Assembly: GCA_034927505.1 (NCBI GenBank)
Contig: JAYFPY010000004.1
Coordinates: 13,735-77,734 of the forward strand
Origin: Eubacteriaceae bacterium
GTDB lineage: Bacteria; Bacillota; Clostridia; Peptostreptococcales; Anaerovoracaceae
Direction: 5' to 3'
Length of the DNA: 64,000 nucleotides
In this document: positions 47,733 through 57,258 of the stretch, one piece after another
Position numbering within the stretch: the first letter of the stretch is position 1
How the letters are laid out: each line of letters starts with the position of its first letter
Translations under genes and position numbers: made by a program
Notes under the pieces: generated by a model
Database searches by the model: none
What the model saw: the letters and a program-made list of their open reading frames with translations, nothing else
Told to the model about the DNA's origin: nothing

Positions 47733-48593
47733 TCATTTTCTCTTGCCGATCAGTCTGGCCGACACAGCTCTGTCGTTTCCTGCCAGATCCTTTGTCGTCT
47801 GCACATCGCAAAATTTCTCTGTATCCATTATCAGCTGTTCCACTTCACTGCTCTGATCGTTCCCGATCTCCAGGACCAAAAGGCCGTCCTTTTTCAAATG
47901 ATCCGGCGCCAGTCCTATTATCGGTCTGTAAAAATCAAGACCGTCTGTGCCTCCGTCCAAGGCAGCGGCAGGTTCATGATCTTTCACCTCCGGCATCAGC
48001 GTCGGTATGATATCGCTCCTTATATACGGCGGATTGGACACAATCATATTATACTTTTTCTTCTTGATGGGTCCGTACAGATCTCCCTGTTTTATATCCA
48101 TCTTTACGCCCCATGCAGTTGCATTCTTTTCTGTAAGAGCCACCGCCTCAGGGCTGACATCCACAGCCGTTACCTTTGTCTTGGGTATCCTGTGAGCCAG
48201 CGATATGCCGATCACGCCGCTTCCGCAGCAGAGATCCAGGATCGTGTCGCCCTTTTTCTCTCTGAACAGTTTTTCTGCAGTTTCAACTACCACTTCTGTA
48301 TCCATTCTAGGCACCAGCACTTTTGGATCCACATCGAATTTCATGCCCATGAATTCCTGTTCGCCGGTCAGATGCTGCAGCGGTATCCGGCTGCATCTCT
48401 TTGCAACTACGTCAAAATACATTTCTGCAGTTCTGTCATCAGTGGGTTCGCCCCATTCGAGAAAAAACTTTGAACGCTCTATTCTTTTGAGCCAGCAGTA
48501 CAGTGCTTCTGCTTCTGTTTTATGTTCTTCGATACCGGCTTCTGTCAATTGCCGGTCTGCCATTTTAACGATGTCTGATACTAATAAACTCAT
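47733..48593 (-). CDS. prmC: release factor glutamine N5-methyltransferase PrmC/HemK
   Basis: LDLCCGSGVIGISLA SAM motif and the catalytic IVSNPPYI motif. Confidence 0.9.
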   Translation of the reverse strand: MSLLVSDIVKMADRQLTEAGIEEHKTEAEALYCWLKRIERSKFFLEWGEPTDDRTAEMYFDVVAKRCSRIPLQHLTGEQEFMGMKFDVDPKVLVPRMDTEVVVETAEKLFREKKGDTILDLCCGSGVIGISLAHRIPKTKVTAVDVSPEAVALTEKNATAWGVKMDIKQGDLYGPIKKKKYNMIVSNPPYIRSDIIPTLMPEVKDHEPAAALDGGTDGLDFYRPIIGLAPDHLKKDGLLVLEIGNDQSSEVEQLIMDTEKFCDVQTTKDLAGNDRAVSARLIGKRK

Positions 48594-49600
48594 TCTTCTT
48601 TCTCTTTTCTTTTTATGATTCTTCCTTTGCCGTCACATATCCCTTCGCCGTAGTCGCCTTCTTCTGCCAGCACTGCTTCCATAGCTGCAATGGCTACTTC
48701 CAGCTGTTTGTCGTCCGGCGTGGCCGTCGTCAGCTTTTGCAGGTAGAGTCCCGGCATGCTGAGCACTTTGACGAACCAGTTGTCCGTGCTGCCCGCCCAT
48801 CTGAGAAGCTCATATGACAGTCCTGCTATCACAGGGATCAGCAGCAGTCTGGACACGATCCTCCAGACCAGGTTCGGCCATCCCAAAAGGGAAAACAGGA
48901 TCAGTGAGATCACCATTACAAACATGAGAAAACTGGTCCCGCATCTCGGGTGGAGTGTATAGAAAGTCTGACAGTTCTCCGGTGTCAGCTCCAGTCCGTT
49001 TTCATAACAGTGTATGCATTTATGCTCTGCGCCATGGAATTGAAATACTCTCTTTATATCCGGCATCTTTGAAATCAGCACTATGTATAAGATAAACAGC
49101 ACGATCCTCAGTATACCTTCGAACAGATTCAGTACAACTCCGTTGTGTGTAACATTTTTCATCAGGCTGGTCAGCGCCGTCGGTCCTATTATGAATATGC
49201 CTACAGTAAATAATATCGCAAACACTACCGACATGTAAAGCATAATATTCCATGCGCCTTTTTTTCCGAATTTTTTTTCCAGCCATAGAGTGAATTTATC
49301 ATCCTCGTATTCCTCTGCGCCTTCTCCTTCATAGCTTTCCAGGACATCCGCCGAGTACATCAGTGTTTTGGTACCCTGCACCAGGCTGGCGACAAATACG
49401 AAGACGCCCCTGATGAGAGGGATCTTTGCTATCCGGCTGGTCTTTGGATTGGATTCGGTCTTAATGTGGAGGCTGTCATCGGGAAGCCTGAGAGCAACCG
49501 ACGTTCTTTCGGCCCCTTTCATCATTATTCCCTCGAGCACCGCCTGTCCTCCGACCTTTGTCGGGCAGGCATCTTTTATAAATATTTTTTTCAGATCCAT
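48590..49600 (-). CDS. DUF1385 family membrane protein (YqhQ-like)
   Basis: VGGQAVLEGIMMKG...FHGAEHKCIHCYE...HPRCGTSF motifs. Sits in the conserved position upstream of prmC. Confidence 0.85.
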   Translation of the reverse strand: MDLKKIFIKDACPTKVGGQAVLEGIMMKGAERTSVALRLPDDSLHIKTESNPKTSRIAKIPLIRGVFVFVASLVQGTKTLMYSADVLESYEGEGAEEYEDDKFTLWLEKKFGKKGAWNIMLYMSVVFAILFTVGIFIIGPTALTSLMKNVTHNGVVLNLFEGILRIVLFILYIVLISKMPDIKRVFQFHGAEHKCIHCYENGLELTPENCQTFYTLHPRCGTSFLMFVMVISLILFSLLGWPNLVWRIVSRLLLIPVIAGLSYELLRWAGSTDNWFVKVLSMPGLYLQKLTTATPDDKQLEVAIAAMEAVLAEEGDYGEGICDGKGRIIKRKEKEE

Positions 49601-49619
49601 TTCACATCCTCGTGCTGTT

Positions 49620-51038
49620 CTACAATTTGATCTTCTTTATTATCTGCACGAATTCCTTATTGTTTCTCGTATGCGACAGATTATCGATTATCATTTCCGT
49701 AACTTCCTGATTGTCTTCATTTCCAAGAGCTCGTCGCATATACCAGATTGCTTCCATTTCATCCTGATCCATCAGCAGATCCTCACGCCTTGTACCTGAC
49801 ATATTCAGATCCAGTGCCGGGAATATCCTCTTTTCCGACAGCTTTCTGTCCAGATGCAGTTCCATATTTCCCGTGCCCTTGAATTCCTCAAAGATCACAT
49901 CGTCCATCCTGCTGCCCGTCTCAACCAGCGCTGTAGCCAGTATGGTAATGCTGCCGCCTTCTTCCATGTTTCGGGCCGCACCGAAGAATTTTTTCGGTTT
50001 GTAAAGAGCCGCCGGATCCAGTCCCCCTGACAAAGTCCTTCCCGAAGGAGGCACCGTCAGGTTGTAAGCTCTTGCCAGCCTTGTAATACTGTCCAGCAGT
50101 ATCACCACATCTTTTCCGTGCTCCACCAGTCTTTTTGCTCTTGCCAGCACCATCTCTGCAACCTTTGCATGATGCTGCGGCTGTTCATCAAACGTGGAAT
50201 ATATTACATCGCCGTGATGAAGAGATCTCTTCATGTCAGTGACTTCCTCCGGTCTTTCATCGACCAGAAGAACGATCAGCTCCATCTCCGGGTATTTCTT
50301 TTCTATACTGTGGGCCACTTTCTTGAGCAGTACAGTTTTTCCTGCCTTTGGAGCCGCCACTATCAGACCTCGCTGGCCTTTTCCTATAGGTGCCACCAAG
50401 TCGATCAGTCTCATTGACAGTTCTCTGGGGCTGTCCTCAAGAGAGATCCTTTCGTTTGGAAATATCGGCGTCAGATCGTCAAAATCCGGTCTGCGTCGTG
50501 CGACCTGCAGATCATCGCCGTTGACCGTACTTACATACAGCAGCGCACCGAATTTTTCATTTTTATTCGGAAGCCGGGATATCCCCTTTATCCTGTCGCC
50601 GGTTTTAAGATTGAATCTGCGTATCTGCTGCGGTGCAACGTATACGTCTCGGTCGCTGGTAAGAAAGTTATCAAATCTGAGAAAGCCGAAACCGCCATCC
50701 GCCAGTTCCAGTATGCCCTCCACTTCCGGTCGGTTCTCTTCCTTCTCTCTTGTCTCTTTATCCTTGTGGTCGTTCTTCTTCACATCGGTCTTTTCTTTCT
50801 TTTCTTTTACAGTTTCGGGCTCTTCAGAGTTTTTCTGTTCTTTTTCAACAGGCTTATTTTCTGCTTTTTTTGCAGTCTTCTCTGTTTTTTCTGCGTTTTT
50901 ACCGGCAGGCTCATCCAAAGAAAGCATCGCCTCTATCAGCTGTGCTTTTTTGAGTTTGCCGTAACCTTCAACGCCAAAGGCCTTTGCGATCTCACGAAGT
51001 TCCGCGACCTTCTTTCCCTTTAGTGTTTTTTCATCCAT
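49620..51038 (-). CDS. rho: transcription termination factor Rho (with K/E-rich insertion)
   Basis: Rho_N ([30 protein letters not shown]), CSD-like RNA-binding domain (GFGFLR), Walker A APKAGKT, and the C-terminal RecA-type core. Confidence 0.95.
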   Translation of the reverse strand: MDEKTLKGKKVAELREIAKAFGVEGYGKLKKAQLIEAMLSLDEPAGKNAEKTEKTAKKAENKPVEKEQKNSEEPETVKEKKEKTDVKKNDHKDKETREKEENRPEVEGILELADGGFGFLRFDNFLTSDRDVYVAPQQIRRFNLKTGDRIKGISRLPNKNEKFGALLYVSTVNGDDLQVARRRPDFDDLTPIFPNERISLEDSPRELSMRLIDLVAPIGKGQRGLIVAAPKAGKTVLLKKVAHSIEKKYPEMELIVLLVDERPEEVTDMKRSLHHGDVIYSTFDEQPQHHAKVAEMVLARAKRLVEHGKDVVILLDSITRLARAYNLTVPPSGRTLSGGLDPAALYKPKKFFGAARNMEEGGSITILATALVETGSRMDDVIFEEFKGTGNMELHLDRKLSEKRIFPALDLNMSGTRREDLLMDQDEMEAIWYMRRALGNEDNQEVTEMIIDNLSHTRNNKEFVQIIKKIKL

Positions 51039-51136
51039 AATTACAATAAAAGACTTTCGTCTCCTCCCATTTTCAATTTTTTCTACTTTGGAAAATAATA
51101 AGAATAATATTGCGATACCCCTGTATCTCCGCAGTC

Positions 51137-51166
51137 ATTATACACCCATTGTATGCAGAATGTCAA
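51137..51166 (-). promoter_or_regulatory. candidate rho promoter
   Basis: Minus strand reads TTGACA-18 nt-TATAAT, immediately after the upstream terminator U-tract. Confidence 0.5.
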
Positions 51167-51197
51167 AATCAGCCGGAGCCTGTGGAGCCCCGACTGA
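51164..51197 (-). terminator. rho-independent terminator after the S8 peptidase gene
   Basis: Minus strand reads UCAGUCGGGGC-UCCACAG-GCUCCGGCUGA (11 bp, two G.U pairs) followed by UUUUG. Confidence 0.55.
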
Positions 51198-51220
51198 TCT
51201 GTGTTACTTTTTTTCAAATG

Positions 51221-54200
51221 TTAGAGTGTTACACGTTTCTGGCTTTTTTTGATCGTATAGTATGAACTCTTATCCCCTTTGAGTGCTTTCACTTTGACTT
51301 TGAACTTGTTCCCGCGGAGACCGTATGCTATATCGATACTTGTTTTTTTAGTCTTGTAATACGACCACTTCTTGGTCTTGTAACTGTACAGGCCAACCTT
51401 GTATGCTCCGGCCTTTTTATTCTTCTGCCATTTGACACGCACTTCTCTGTAATAATCGCCTTTGCCGGCATACTTGATTTTCGGAATGCTAAGTCTGGTT
51501 ATCAGGGCCTTTTTCTTTGAGTAAGCAGAACTCAGCGTTTCGCCGAAACCATTTCTGCCAACAGCCTGTACTGCAATCTTGTACTTTCTGTGACCCTGTT
51601 TGGTCTTGATGCTTATGTTTGTTTTTTTGGTCTTGTAATAATACCATTTCTTCTTACTGTACTTGTAGACTTTTACCTTGTAATACTCCGCTCCGGAAAC
51701 ACCTTTCCATTTTGCATTGACGTATATACCGGTCTTGCCCCCCGATGACACCTTCTTTATCGCCGGCGTTTTCAAAGTCTTTTTAGTCTGACCCGGTTGT
51801 TCGATAGTGTCTGCAGAGTCGGCTGCCATTATCCTTCCTTCGGTATCCGTTCCCAGGACATAGTACTTGCTGCCATATGCCGTGGCTGCAAAATTGAACA
51901 GCTTTCCGGTGCTCACCAGCTTTCCGGTCTTGACGAATCCTGCGTTGTTGTCAAAAGTCATCTTGTAGGTATCTGCAGTCGTATTGCCGTCATCGTTTTT
52001 TATCACAGGACCGGTCATTATCATGCCTCCCTTTACAGATCCGATAGTCATAGTTTTATCCTGTTTGTCAGAGATGCCTGAAGGCATTATGCCTGTTTTT
52101 ACGACTTTGCTCGTGGCCTTGCCGCCGCTAAAGCTGATCTTTTCCAGGCTATCGACGATATTTCCGTCCGCATCCGTTCCCCCTGCCATGTATATGTCGG
52201 TCCCTCCGGTGTATGCCGCTGCAGGTTCGTTCCTTACGGTGTCGATTTCTCCGACTTTGGTGAATGTCCTATTCTTCATGTCTATCCGGTATATGTCTTT
52301 CTGCGGTTTCGTTGTCATAGTCTCGGTGAACAGTCTCTGTCCTCCCATATAATATAGACCTTCACCATTGTTTATGATCATCCCGGTCATCAGGATAGGG
52401 GTCTCACTGTTTGTCGCATATACGCTCCATTTATTGCTGTCCGGATCATATGAAGCCAGCATGCTGTCAGCGGTTTTATTGTTGATCACGACCGTTACCA
52501 GTCTGCCTTCATATGTACATGTGCTTTTGACTAAAGGCATAGAGTCGCTGCTCAAGCCCGCCTTTTCGCTCCATTCTTTATTCTTTGTATCATAGCACCA
52601 CATATCGATTCCGTTGTCATCATTTGTCCCTAAACAATACAGCTTGTTATTTAGTGCACATACAGAATACACTGCCATGTTATAAAAACCCTTTGCATCT
52701 TTTGCATCAGGCAGTGTCAGCCTGTCATATAGATTCGGGTCATTGTCCGGATCTATATCAAAATACTGATGTCCTGTTCGACTTTGACTTTTATCGCCGG
52801 CAGTCTGCACTTCTACTTTGTTCCGGCCGGTGTCTATGTTTTCAGACGCATCGATCTTTATTTCCGTATCGCTCCATGCTGCTGTATCGACTTCTTTTCC
52901 TCCGATAGTTACCTTTCCTTTTTCATTGCCGAAAAAGAACCCTCCTATTACCAGTTGACTATTGTCCATTTTAGCGCTGTTTACCACCGGTGATGTATCT
53001 TTGTCAAGTGCTTTTTTCACGCTTGCCAGACCGCCGGATATACTTTTGCCGGCTGTGTTATCTTCTTTCAGAGGTTCCACACTGCCGATTATCCTTGCCG
53101 CCAGTTTGTCAGCCTTATCATCTTTGAAATTTGCTGCCAGGATAGCTGCTTCTCCGGTCACTGCAGGTGCAGCCATTGATGTCCCGCTCATATACTGGTA
53201 TGACCTATTCATATCGGTCAGGGTCATATCATCAAACAGTACAGAGACACCGGCTGCGCCCTTAAATTCAGCTGTTGCTCCGCTGATATACATTTTGACC
53301 GTAAAATCCTCCCAGTCAGTGTTCTCCGGCATCTGGACAGTTCCTATGCTCCACCTATTTACAGAACCCGGCATGATCAACGCGTTATCTTTGGTATCCG
53401 AAGCCCACTTGCCGTTCGTCAGTTTCACATCGACCGTTACCGCTATCATTTCGATATTTTTATCATTGGCACCTATTTTGTATCTAAATGCAAGATATTT
53501 GGCCTTCTTAACCTTTTCTGTACCTTTCGTGATAAAAAAGGCCCCTTCGTCATCCGGATTGTCTGATAAAGAAGTCGCTTTTAGAGCGTTGTCTGCGTTC
53601 CCTTGATCCTTGGCTATCTCCAGGTCAATTTTCTCACTTGTTTCTTTGCTGTAGGTATAATTAAATGTTCCATCGATAACATCTCGGTCATAATTATCGA
53701 CTAGTTTCGCATTCTTAGTATCGTCGACATCCGCAGTGCTGCTTTTGGGCACAGTCGAATAGATATCGACTCCCGGAGCCGCAACGTCTGTGGTAGATGC
53801 ACCGTAATTGGTAAAATACGCAGCCTTTCCATCCTTGTCCGATGCATTTACTGCGACCACATATGGGTTGTTTTTCAATCCCGATACAGTCTGGTTCTCT
53901 ACATCACAGTCCTTGGAATCATTCCCCGAAGCGAAACATGATACTGCACCGGCTTTTCCAACTTCGGAAACGGCTATGTCCACAGAACTGCCGCCTGCTG
54001 TACCTCCCCATGAGTCGTTGACGGCCTTGACATTGACCCCGGACTCGATGGCTGTTTTGATATATTCATAGCCTTTTATGATCGATGATCCATAAAATAT
54101 GCCGTCCTTGTTCCCGGCTTTTACCGCCATGATCTTCTCTCCTGAAGCAGCTCCGCTGATCCCTTTCACGTTCCACTGGGCACCGATAATGCCTGCACAG

Positions 54201-54931
54201 TGGCTGCCGTGGGAGTTGTCGTCCATTGGATCTGTCGAATCTGATGTTGAACCTCCTGCGGTTTCCTTAGTTAGAGAATTGAAACCATATGTGCCCCCGC
54301 CCATTTTCGTGAGTGCGGGATAACTCTTTCCGCTGCTCCACATGACATCCTTCAGGTCTTCATGGTTATAATCCACACCGGTATCCAGTACGGCTACTAC
54401 TACTCCTTCGGCATTGACTTTGGGATTCGGGACACCGCTGCTGTCATATGTGTTCCATCCTTCCACATTGATGCCATAATGTCCTGCACTAAGGCCGGGA
54501 TTATCATATGCATACTGCTTTTTCGAATAATCCGGTGTTTCCCCTGATATGTGATAAACATAATTAGGCTCGGCGAATTCAACACCGGGCATTTTTTCCA
54601 GTTCTTCGATCATTTCATCAGTAGATAGCGAATCGGACTTTACCAATAACAGTTTCTGTGAACTCTTCGCGCTGAATGTTGTCGCCTTGCCTTCAGCTTT
54701 TGTATTATCCAGATCCATCAGTGTTTCTGCATTTTTCAACAGATCCGTCCCTTCGACAGAAGCCGCCCTGGCAGAAGTATTCACGCATACTATTGCTTCT
54801 CCGGCCGCATACTTTCCCCCGCTGCCTTTGGATCCCCCTGTATCGTTCACCGCTGCCGATGCGGCAACTGTGAATATCCCCAGCGTCAGTACCATTACAG
54901 ATACCATTAACAATCGTCTTTTAGTTTTCAT
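51221..54931 (-). CDS. secreted S8 (subtilisin-like) serine peptidase with beta-propeller (Kelch-like) region and two basic FN3-like C-terminal modules
   Basis: Signal peptide MKTKRRLLMVSVMVLTLGIFTVAASA. Catalytic triad motifs AVLDTGVDYNHEDL, HGSHCAGIIGA and SGTSMAAPAVTGEAAIL. The C-terminal 180 aa are extremely Lys/Tyr-rich (KWKGVSGAEYYKVKVYKYSKKKWYYYKTKK...; VKWQKNKKAGAYKVGLYSYKTKKWSYYKTKK...). Confidence 0.85.
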   Translation of the reverse strand: MKTKRRLLMVSVMVLTLGIFTVAASAAVNDTGGSKGSGGKYAAGEAIVCVNTSARAASVEGTDLLKNAETLMDLDNTKAEGKATTFSAKSSQKLLLVKSDSLSTDEMIEELEKMPGVEFAEPNYVYHISGETPDYSKKQYAYDNPGLSAGHYGINVEGWNTYDSSGVPNPKVNAEGVVVAVLDTGVDYNHEDLKDVMWSSGKSYPALTKMGGGTYGFNSLTKETAGGSTSDSTDPMDDNSHGSHCAGIIGAQWNVKGISGAASGEKIMAVKAGNKDGIFYGSSIIKGYEYIKTAIESGVNVKAVNDSWGGTAGGSSVDIAVSEVGKAGAVSCFASGNDSKDCDVENQTVSGLKNNPYVVAVNASDKDGKAAYFTNYGASTTDVAAPGVDIYSTVPKSSTADVDDTKNAKLVDNYDRDVIDGTFNYTYSKETSEKIDLEIAKDQGNADNALKATSLSDNPDDEGAFFITKGTEKVKKAKYLAFRYKIGANDKNIEMIAVTVDVKLTNGKWASDTKDNALIMPGSVNRWSIGTVQMPENTDWEDFTVKMYISGATAEFKGAAGVSVLFDDMTLTDMNRSYQYMSGTSMAAPAVTGEAAILAANFKDDKADKLAARIIGSVEPLKEDNTAGKSISGGLASVKKALDKDTSPVVNSAKMDNSQLVIGGFFFGNEKGKVTIGGKEVDTAAWSDTEIKIDASENIDTGRNKVEVQTAGDKSQSRTGHQYFDIDPDNDPNLYDRLTLPDAKDAKGFYNMAVYSVCALNNKLYCLGTNDDNGIDMWCYDTKNKEWSEKAGLSSDSMPLVKSTCTYEGRLVTVVINNKTADSMLASYDPDSNKWSVYATNSETPILMTGMIINNGEGLYYMGGQRLFTETMTTKPQKDIYRIDMKNRTFTKVGEIDTVRNEPAAAYTGGTDIYMAGGTDADGNIVDSLEKISFSGGKATSKVVKTGIMPSGISDKQDKTMTIGSVKGGMIMTGPVIKNDDGNTTADTYKMTFDNNAGFVKTGKLVSTGKLFNFAATAYGSKYYVLGTDTEGRIMAADSADTIEQPGQTKKTLKTPAIKKVSSGGKTGIYVNAKWKGVSGAEYYKVKVYKYSKKKWYYYKTKKTNISIKTKQGHRKYKIAVQAVGRNGFGETLSSAYSKKKALITRLSIPKIKYAGKGDYYREVRVKWQKNKKAGAYKVGLYSYKTKKWSYYKTKKTSIDIAYGLRGNKFKVKVKALKGDKSSYYTIKKSQKRVTL

Positions 54932-54970
54932 AACATCATCCCCCCTATTTTACAAAAATTAAACTATGAT

Positions 54971-55891
54971 TTATTTCCACAGCTTTTCCGGATACAGCCC
55001 TTTGTCTTTGAGAGACTGCAGAGAAGCCATGACCATTTCCTTGTCTTCTTTATATGTAACGCCATACCATTTGTCCCTTGAAGACAGCACTGTTACAGTT
55101 GCTCGGCCCTCACGGATCAGTTGATCCGTCACTTCCGGGATCAGGTACTCTGCCTTTTCATTATTGTCTTCTTCGGCAGCTCTATCGAGAAAAGCCGGGA
55201 ATCGATCCGCCAGTTCCCGCATCATACCCTTGGAATACCCCCAGAAATTCATAGATACCGGTGTATCCTCTGCCAGAGGAGTCCAGGTCTTTCCGTCATT
55301 TTCCGTATAAGCAATTTTCCCGTCTACACGCATTATCTTTGTTCTTTCGACTATATGTCTTAAGAATCCCTCCTTTGATACGTCGCAAACGCCTCGTGCA
55401 ACATGGCCATTTTCGGTTATGGTGTTCTTCAACTGATAGCTGACCATGGCAAAATCATAGGTGTTCCCTTCAAGATCCTTTGACAGATATTCATATATGC
55501 TGTGGAAGGCTCCCGGTCCATAGTAGTCATCAGCGTTTATCACAACAAAGGGACCATCTACAAGATCACGGCAGCTCATTACCGCATGGGCTGTTCCCCA
55601 TGGCTTTTCCCTTCCGATGACGCCGTATCCCGGCGGAAGATCATCTATCCTTTGGAATGCAAATTCCACGTCCAAATATTTTCCGGCTCTGGGTTCGATC
55701 AGTTCTCTGAATGCCTCTTCCATTTCTTCTTTGATGACAAATATCACTTTTTTGAATCCTGCCATCATGGCATCGTAAAGGGAAAAATCCATAATGATCT
55801 CTCCCTCTGATGTTATTGGATCTATCTGTTTCAGTCCGCCGTAGCGGCTGCCCATTCCTGCTGCCATTATGATCAGTACCGGTTCTTTCAT
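54971..55891 (-). CDS. sugar-phosphate nucleotidyltransferase family protein
   Basis: Start at MKEPVLIIMAAGMGSRYGGLKQ (GGAGG SD). N-terminal G-rich NTP_transferase loop, then PWGTAHAV and INADDYYG. Confidence 0.75.
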   Translation of the reverse strand: MKEPVLIIMAAGMGSRYGGLKQIDPITSEGEIIMDFSLYDAMMAGFKKVIFVIKEEMEEAFRELIEPRAGKYLDVEFAFQRIDDLPPGYGVIGREKPWGTAHAVMSCRDLVDGPFVVINADDYYGPGAFHSIYEYLSKDLEGNTYDFAMVSYQLKNTITENGHVARGVCDVSKEGFLRHIVERTKIMRVDGKIAYTENDGKTWTPLAEDTPVSMNFWGYSKGMMRELADRFPAFLDRAAEEDNNEKAEYLIPEVTDQLIREGRATVTVLSSRDKWYGVTYKEDKEMVMASLQSLKDKGLYPEKLWK

Positions 55892-56074
55892 ATCGCTGCG
55901 CCTCCATTTCTCAGTAAGCAATTGTTTTTGTTTCTTATATAGATCTAGCATAGCACAGTTTTTCCTAGAATATCAACCGCTATGTCTCTTTACTTACTCT
56001 TTCTTTTGTGGTGCCTCTTCCCTGTGTATGATATAATTATTAGGCAAACGTTGGAAAGGAACTAAGGAAATAAA

Positions 56075-56551
56075 ATGAACATATACGTCACCGGACCAAT
56101 AGGGTCTGACAGAAAGAAAGCTGCGCAAAAACTGGCCGAAGAAACCGGATATGACTTTCTTGACTTCGATGCTGAAATCGAAAAGAGAGACGGACGAACC
56201 ATCAGGCGCATTTGCATGATGATGGGCGAACATGAATACAGGAACAAGGAATATGAACTTCTCAACGAACTGGCAGAAAGTGGGCGTTCTGATAAAGAAG
56301 GATATGTCTGCTCCTGCAGCGATGGGATACTCTTCGATCCCATGTGCTCCGAACTTATGAAAAAGGGCCGGATCCTTATTGCTGATGCCGATATGTCTGT
56401 GGATGACCTATGGGAACAGGCAAAGAACGACACCGATCTTCCTTACGCTTTCATGTCCGATCCCAATGAGAATACAAAGAAAAAAAAGTTCATGGAACTG
56501 TATGAACTTCGCAAAAATATTTATATGAAATTTACGGAGGTAATAGAATGA
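56075..56551 (+). CDS. shikimate kinase-like protein with degenerate P-loop
   Basis: MNIYVTGPIGSDRKKAAQKLAEETGYDFLDFDAEIEKRDGRTIRRI resembles AroK, but the Walker A reads GPIGSDRK instead of GxxGxGK[ST]. Confidence 0.6.
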   Translation: MNIYVTGPIGSDRKKAAQKLAEETGYDFLDFDAEIEKRDGRTIRRICMMMGEHEYRNKEYELLNELAESGRSDKEGYVCSCSDGILFDPMCSELMKKGRILIADADMSVDDLWEQAKNDTDLPYAFMSDPNENTKKKKFMELYELRKNIYMKFTEVIE

Positions 56552-57090
56552 TAACAAACAGTATCGATGCAAGACGAAAAGCTGTCCGCGCAGTTGCTGA
56601 GCTGATGGCGACAGCAGCACAGACCGCTCCAAAGGGATGCGGCATGGACAATGTGCGCTCACTCATTGTCGACGGAAATGAAAAAGACACACTCTCTTCC
56701 ATCATGCGGGAAATATGCAAAGAATACGATCAGGATTTCTTCGAAAGAGATGCCTGCAATGTGGATGACAGCCAATGTGTCCTGCTCATCGGCGTTCAGG
56801 ATGCACCTATAGGCCTTGACCACTGCGGTGTCTGCGGATTCAAGAACTGCGGAGAATGTGCAGCGGCGGGCAGTCACTGCGCATTCAATATCACAGACCT
56901 GGGAATAGCCGTCGGCTCGGCAGTTTCTGTTGCCGCAGATCACAGGGTAGACAACAGAGTCCTTTACTCCGCCGGAAAAGCGGCCCTGCGCGCAGGCTGG
57001 TTCGATAACAATGTGAAAGTCTGTTATGCTGTTCCGCTGTCTGCGGAAGCCAAGAACTCCTTCTTTGACAGAGGTGAAGATGACGAATGA
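56548..57090 (+). CDS. DUF2148 family ferredoxin-domain protein
   Basis: TAAQTAPKGCGMDN...HCGVCGFKNCGECA... pattern. ATGA overlap with the upstream gene. Confidence 0.7.
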   Translation: MITNSIDARRKAVRAVAELMATAAQTAPKGCGMDNVRSLIVDGNEKDTLSSIMREICKEYDQDFFERDACNVDDSQCVLLIGVQDAPIGLDHCGVCGFKNCGECAAAGSHCAFNITDLGIAVGSAVSVAADHRVDNRVLYSAGKAALRAGWFDNNVKVCYAVPLSAEAKNSFFDRGEDDE

Positions 57091-57096
57091 TCCTTT

Positions 57097-57258
57097 CTAA
57101 AAATCTGCATAGGTAAATGTCGGCGCATTTGACATATTCGCATATATCACATAGCAGTAAATCACTATCATGAGAGCAAGGAACATCCCGGTATATACCA
57201 GATATTCCTTGCTTATTTTTTTAGTTGTTTTCTTTAGAAAACTTATAAATTTCTTCAT
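57097..57258 (-). CDS. dltX: DltX-like small membrane protein (53 aa, below the ORF-track cutoff)
   Basis: Manual translation: MKKFISFLKKTTKKISKEYLVYTGMFLALMIVIYCYVIYANMSNAPTFTYADF*. It has a basic N-terminus, one TM helix, and a C-terminal F-x-Y-x-x-F that matches the DltX FIYNEF tail. The start overlaps the last 38 nt of dltD in another frame, with AAAGG upstream. Confidence 0.55.
   Translation of the reverse strand: MKKFISFLKKTTKKISKEYLVYTGMFLALMIVIYCYVIYANMSNAPTFTYADF

Noticed and set aside
51039-51075. Nine-codon uORF (MGGDESLLL*) ending 2 nt before the rho ATG
   Set aside because: The uORF's ATG is embedded in the GGGAGGAG element, which is more simply a distant SD, and the uORF has no SD of its own. 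It is too speculative without conservation or ribosome-profiling data.
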